From contig CAVSIG010000001.1 of assembly GCA_963728005.1 (NCBI GenBank), forward strand, positions 1,184,462 to 1,248,461: 64,000 nt of DNA, written 5' to 3'. Positions 60,853 through 64,000 of this stretch are shown piece after piece; position 1 is the stretch's first letter, and the number at the start of each line of letters is the position of its first letter. Under the pieces are notes generated by a model. The model saw only the letters and a program-made list of their open reading frames with translations. It searched no databases and was not told where the DNA came from. The translations under genes and the position numbers were made by a program. The DNA is from an uncultured Microthrixaceae bacterium. GTDB taxonomy: Bacteria > Actinomycetota > Acidimicrobiia > Acidimicrobiales > DATDAH01.

Positions 60853-63800
60853 TCAGACGGAGACGGCGTTGGCCCCGAGGAGCACCCGCAGCTCGGCCAC
60901 GAGGCCGTTCGAGGCGTCGACCGCCAGCTCGTCCGGCAGCCGCACCCGCTGGCGGTCGCTGAGGCGCAGCACCACCTCGGAGTCACCGGGGTGGTCGGCC
61001 AGCACGCCCTTCACCTTGCGCAGGACGTCGTCGTTGACGGCCGACCGGGACAGGTCGATGAGGACGGACGGTGTCTCGGCCACGGGCTCGAAGCGCTCGA
61101 CCTCCATGGCCATGACCCGGAGGGTCTCCTCCTTGCGGTCCACCCGGCCCTTCACGATGACGATGGCGTCGTCCTCGAGCTTGTGGCCGTGCTCCTGCAT
61201 GGTCTTGGGGAAGACCATGACCTCGACCGCGCCCCGCAGGTCCTCCAGCTGGAAGACGGCCATGAGGTCGCCCCGCTTGGTCCACTTGCGCTGCAGGCCG
61301 GTGACCACGCCACCGAGGTTGCAGACCATCTCCTCCTCGCCGCCGACGATCTCGTCGAGGGTGGCGTCGGTGCGGCGGCGCAGGGCCGACTCGACGCCCA
61401 TCAGCGGATGGTCGGTGATGTAGAGGCCGAGCATCTCCTTCTCGAAGGCGAGCTTGACCTTCTTGTCCAGCTCGCCGTCGTCGATGCGGGGCCGATCGTC
61501 GAACACCGGCCCCGCGTCCAGGGAGTCGAACAGGCTCATGGCCCCCATGTCGTGCTGCTTCCGCTTCTGCACGGTGAGGTCGATGATCCGCTCGTAGGCG
61601 GCCAGCAGGCCCCCGACGGGTGTGACCGAGGGTGTCGAAGCCCCCGGCCTTGATCAGGGCCTCCACGGTCCGCTTGTTGAGGGCGGCGGTGTCGACCCGC
61701 TCGCAGAAGTCGTAGAAGTCGACGTAGTCCCCGTTGGCCTCGCGCTCGGCGAGGATCAGTTCGGTCACCCCGTCGCCCACGTTGCGCACGGCGGACAGGC
61801 CGAAGGGGATGGAGCCCAGCGTCCCCGGTGGGGCGTCTTCGAGCGGCCGCACGGCCGTGAACTTGGCGGCGGACAGGTTGATGTCCGGCACCCGCACCTC
61901 GATGCCCATGGTGCGGCACTCGGCCAGGTACACGGCGGCCTTGTCCTGGCTGTCCTTCACCGACGTCAGGAGCGCGGCGAAGTACTCGACGGGGTAGTGG
62001 GCCTTGAGCCAGGCGGTCTGGTAGGCGACCAGGCCGTAGCCGTAGGCGTGGCTCTTGTTGAAGGCGTAGTCGGCGAAGGGCTCGATGATGTCGAACAGGG
62101 CGTCGCCCAGCTCCCGGCCGTAGCCGGTGCGCTCGCAGCCGGCGACGAACTTGTCGCGCTCGGCCCGGATCATCTCCCGGATCTTCTTGCCGCAGGCCTT
62201 CCGCAGGTTGTCGGCCTCGGCCAGCGAGTAGCCCGCCACCTTCTGGGCGACCCGCATCACCGACTCCTGGTAGATCATCAGGCCGTAGGTGTCGCCCAGG
62301 ACCTCCTCGAGGTCGGGGTGCAGGTAGGTGACCGGCTTGCGCTCGTTCTTCCGGTCGGCGTAGTCGTTGTGCATGTTCGCCCCCATGGGCCCGGGGCGGT
62401 ACAGGGCAACCAGGGCGGCGATGTCGTCGAAGCTGGTGGGCGCCAGCGAGCGCATGAGGGCCCGCATCGGCCCACCCTCCAGCTGGAACACCCCGATCGA
62501 CTCGCCCCGGCACAGCATGGCCAGGGTCTTCTCGTCGTCCAGGGGGATGGCGTCGATGTCGACCTCGTCGCCCCGCCCCTCGCGGATCAGCTCGAGGGTG
62601 TCGGTGATGACGTCGAGGTTCCGCAGGCCGAGGAAGTCCATCTTCAGCAGGCCCAGCGACTCGATGCCGTTCATCTCGTACTGGGTGACGATCGGGGCGT
62701 CCTCGGGCGCCTGGCCGGACTCGGGCTTGCGCTGGACCGGGGCGTACTCGGTGACCGGCTCGTCGGTGATGACCACCGCGGCGGCGTGGATGCTGTCCTG
62801 GCGCCGCAGGTTCTCGAGCCCGACGGCGACGTCGATGACGGCCTTGGCGTCGGGTTCGTTCTCGTACATGGACCGCAGCTCGGCGGCCATCTTGTAGCCG
62901 TCCTCGAACTTCTCGGTCCGCTCGAGGCAGGCGTGCAGCGGTGTGTCCCGCCCCATGATCAGGGGCGGCATGGCCTTGGCGATCTTGTCGCCCAGCCCGT
63001 ACGGGTAGCTCAACACCCGGGCGGCGTCGCGCACCGCGGCCCGAGCCTTGATCGTGGAGAAGGTGATGATCTGGGCGACCCGGTCCCGGCCGTAGCGCTC
63101 GGCGGCGTAGCGGATCATCTCGTCCCGGTAGCGGGAGTCGAAGTCCATGTCGATGTCCGGCATGGAGATCCGGGACGGGTTCAGGAACCGCTCGAACAGC
63201 AGGTCGTACTTGATCGGATCCAGGTCGGTGATGCGCAGGCAGTAGGCCACGCAGCAGCCGGCGGCGCTGCCCCGGCCCGGCCCCACCCGGATGTCGTTGT
63301 CCCGGGCGTGCTTGATCAGGTCCCAGACGATGAGGAAGTACGACGAGAACCCCATGTCCTCGATGACCTGGAGCTCGAAGTTGATGCGGTCGAGCACCTC
63401 GTCCCGCAGCCCGTCGCCCCAGCGCTTCCTGGCCCCCTCCAGCGTCAGGTGGCGCAGGAAGGTCCGGTCGTCGTCGAATCCGTCGGGCAGCGGGAACCGA
63501 GGCAGCAGCGGCTTGCCGAACTCGATCTCGACGTTGCAGCGCTCGGCGACCAGCAGCGTGTTGTCGCAGGCGCCCGGATAGGTGTCCTCTGGGAAGAGCC
63601 GGCGCATCTCGTCGGCCGACTTGATGTAGTGCTCCTCGCCGTCGAACTTGAAGCGGTCCGGGTCGCTCATCATCGAGTTGGTCTGGACGCAGAGCAGCGC
63701 GTCGTGCGCCTTGGCGTCCTCCCGGGCGACGTAGTGGCTGTCGTTGGTGGCCAGCAGGGGCGCGCCCAGCTTGCGGCTGATCTCCAACAGCCCCGGCATG

Positions 63801-64000
63801 GTCTGGCGCTGCTTGTCGATGCCGTGGTCCTGGATCTCGACGAAGAGGTTCTCCTTGCCGAAGATGTCCTGCAGCCGCCCGGCCCGGGCCAGGGCCTCGG
63901 CCTCGTTCCCGGCCAGCAGCGCCTGGAGGACGTGGCCGCCCAGGCAGCCCGTCGTGGCGACGAGTCCGTCGCTGTGCTGGTCGAGCAGGTCCCAGTCCAC
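60853..64000 (-). CDS. dnaE: DNA polymerase III alpha subunit (3' part; gene continues beyond window); frameshift near 61620
   Basis: PHP/polymerase core (GFSSYFLIVWD, PGRGSAAG, MPDIDMDF) in ORF 60983..64000; OB/C-terminal region in ORF 60853..61572. Confidence 0.9.

Noticed and set aside
1-64000. CRISPR arrays, rRNA genes, IS transposases, integrases
   Set aside because: None found. The only repeat families seen are the 62-bp palindromic element around the DUF559 gene, the rpsA tail repeat, and short hairpins. No DDE or tyrosine-recombinase-like ORF was recognised.

Overview
This is a 64-kb window of very high-GC (about 70%) actinobacterial chromosome, almost entirely core genome. The taxonomic placement is an inference from mycothiol MshD, a PdtaR ANTAR regulator, the his-trp supra-operon and pdtaR-polA-rpsA synteny; Acidimicrobiia-like is a guess.

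Gene content, start to end:
- a NarL/LuxR response regulator and a truncated AlbA_2/Schlafen-like gene;
- a minimal Gram-positive Tad/Flp pilus locus on the minus strand: flp pilin, a 482-aa polytopic membrane protein, tadC, a VWA-domain::tadB fusion, cpaF/tadA, cpaE/tadZ, cpaB;
- rpsA with an acidic repeat tail, a SAM methyltransferase, polA, pdtaR, a DUF3105 lipoprotein, and tRNA-Leu(CAA) followed by an HTH/LAGLIDADG-like gene;
- a type II FAS cluster (fabD-fabH-fabG-acpP-fabF, fabZ convergent), then bcp, an alpha/beta hydrolase and hupB;
- the his-trp supra-operon on the minus strand: trpA, trpB, trpF, trpC, a ygfZ-like gene, trpE, hisI, then a 3-gene insertion (YqiK-type flotillin, a hypothetical, a GroES-like gene), then hisF, hisA, hisH, hisB, hisC, hisD;
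- nth and mshD;
- a DUF559 endonuclease-like gene bracketed by 62-bp palindromic tandem repeats that abut the mshD stop;
- a VIT-family transporter, rlmN, an NTP-transferase, methyltransferases and a GNAT (Eis-like) gene;
- a complete menaquinone cluster (ubiE/menG, menF, menD, menH, menA, menB), an FtsX permease, an SDR, a DUF255 thioredoxin-domain protein, a nitroreductase, and the 3' part of dnaE, which is cut at the window edge.

About 30 clearly essential genes are interrupted by single-base frameshifts, including polA, dnaE, cpaF, tadB, the trp, his and men genes. The two I resolved to base level are an extra G in a G-run. I read this as indel error in the assembly rather than biology. 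In the features, frameshifted genes are listed as one CDS spanning the reconstructed gene.

I found no CRISPR array, no rRNA, and no clear defence island.

Coordinates are read from the sequence by hand and may be off by a few bases.
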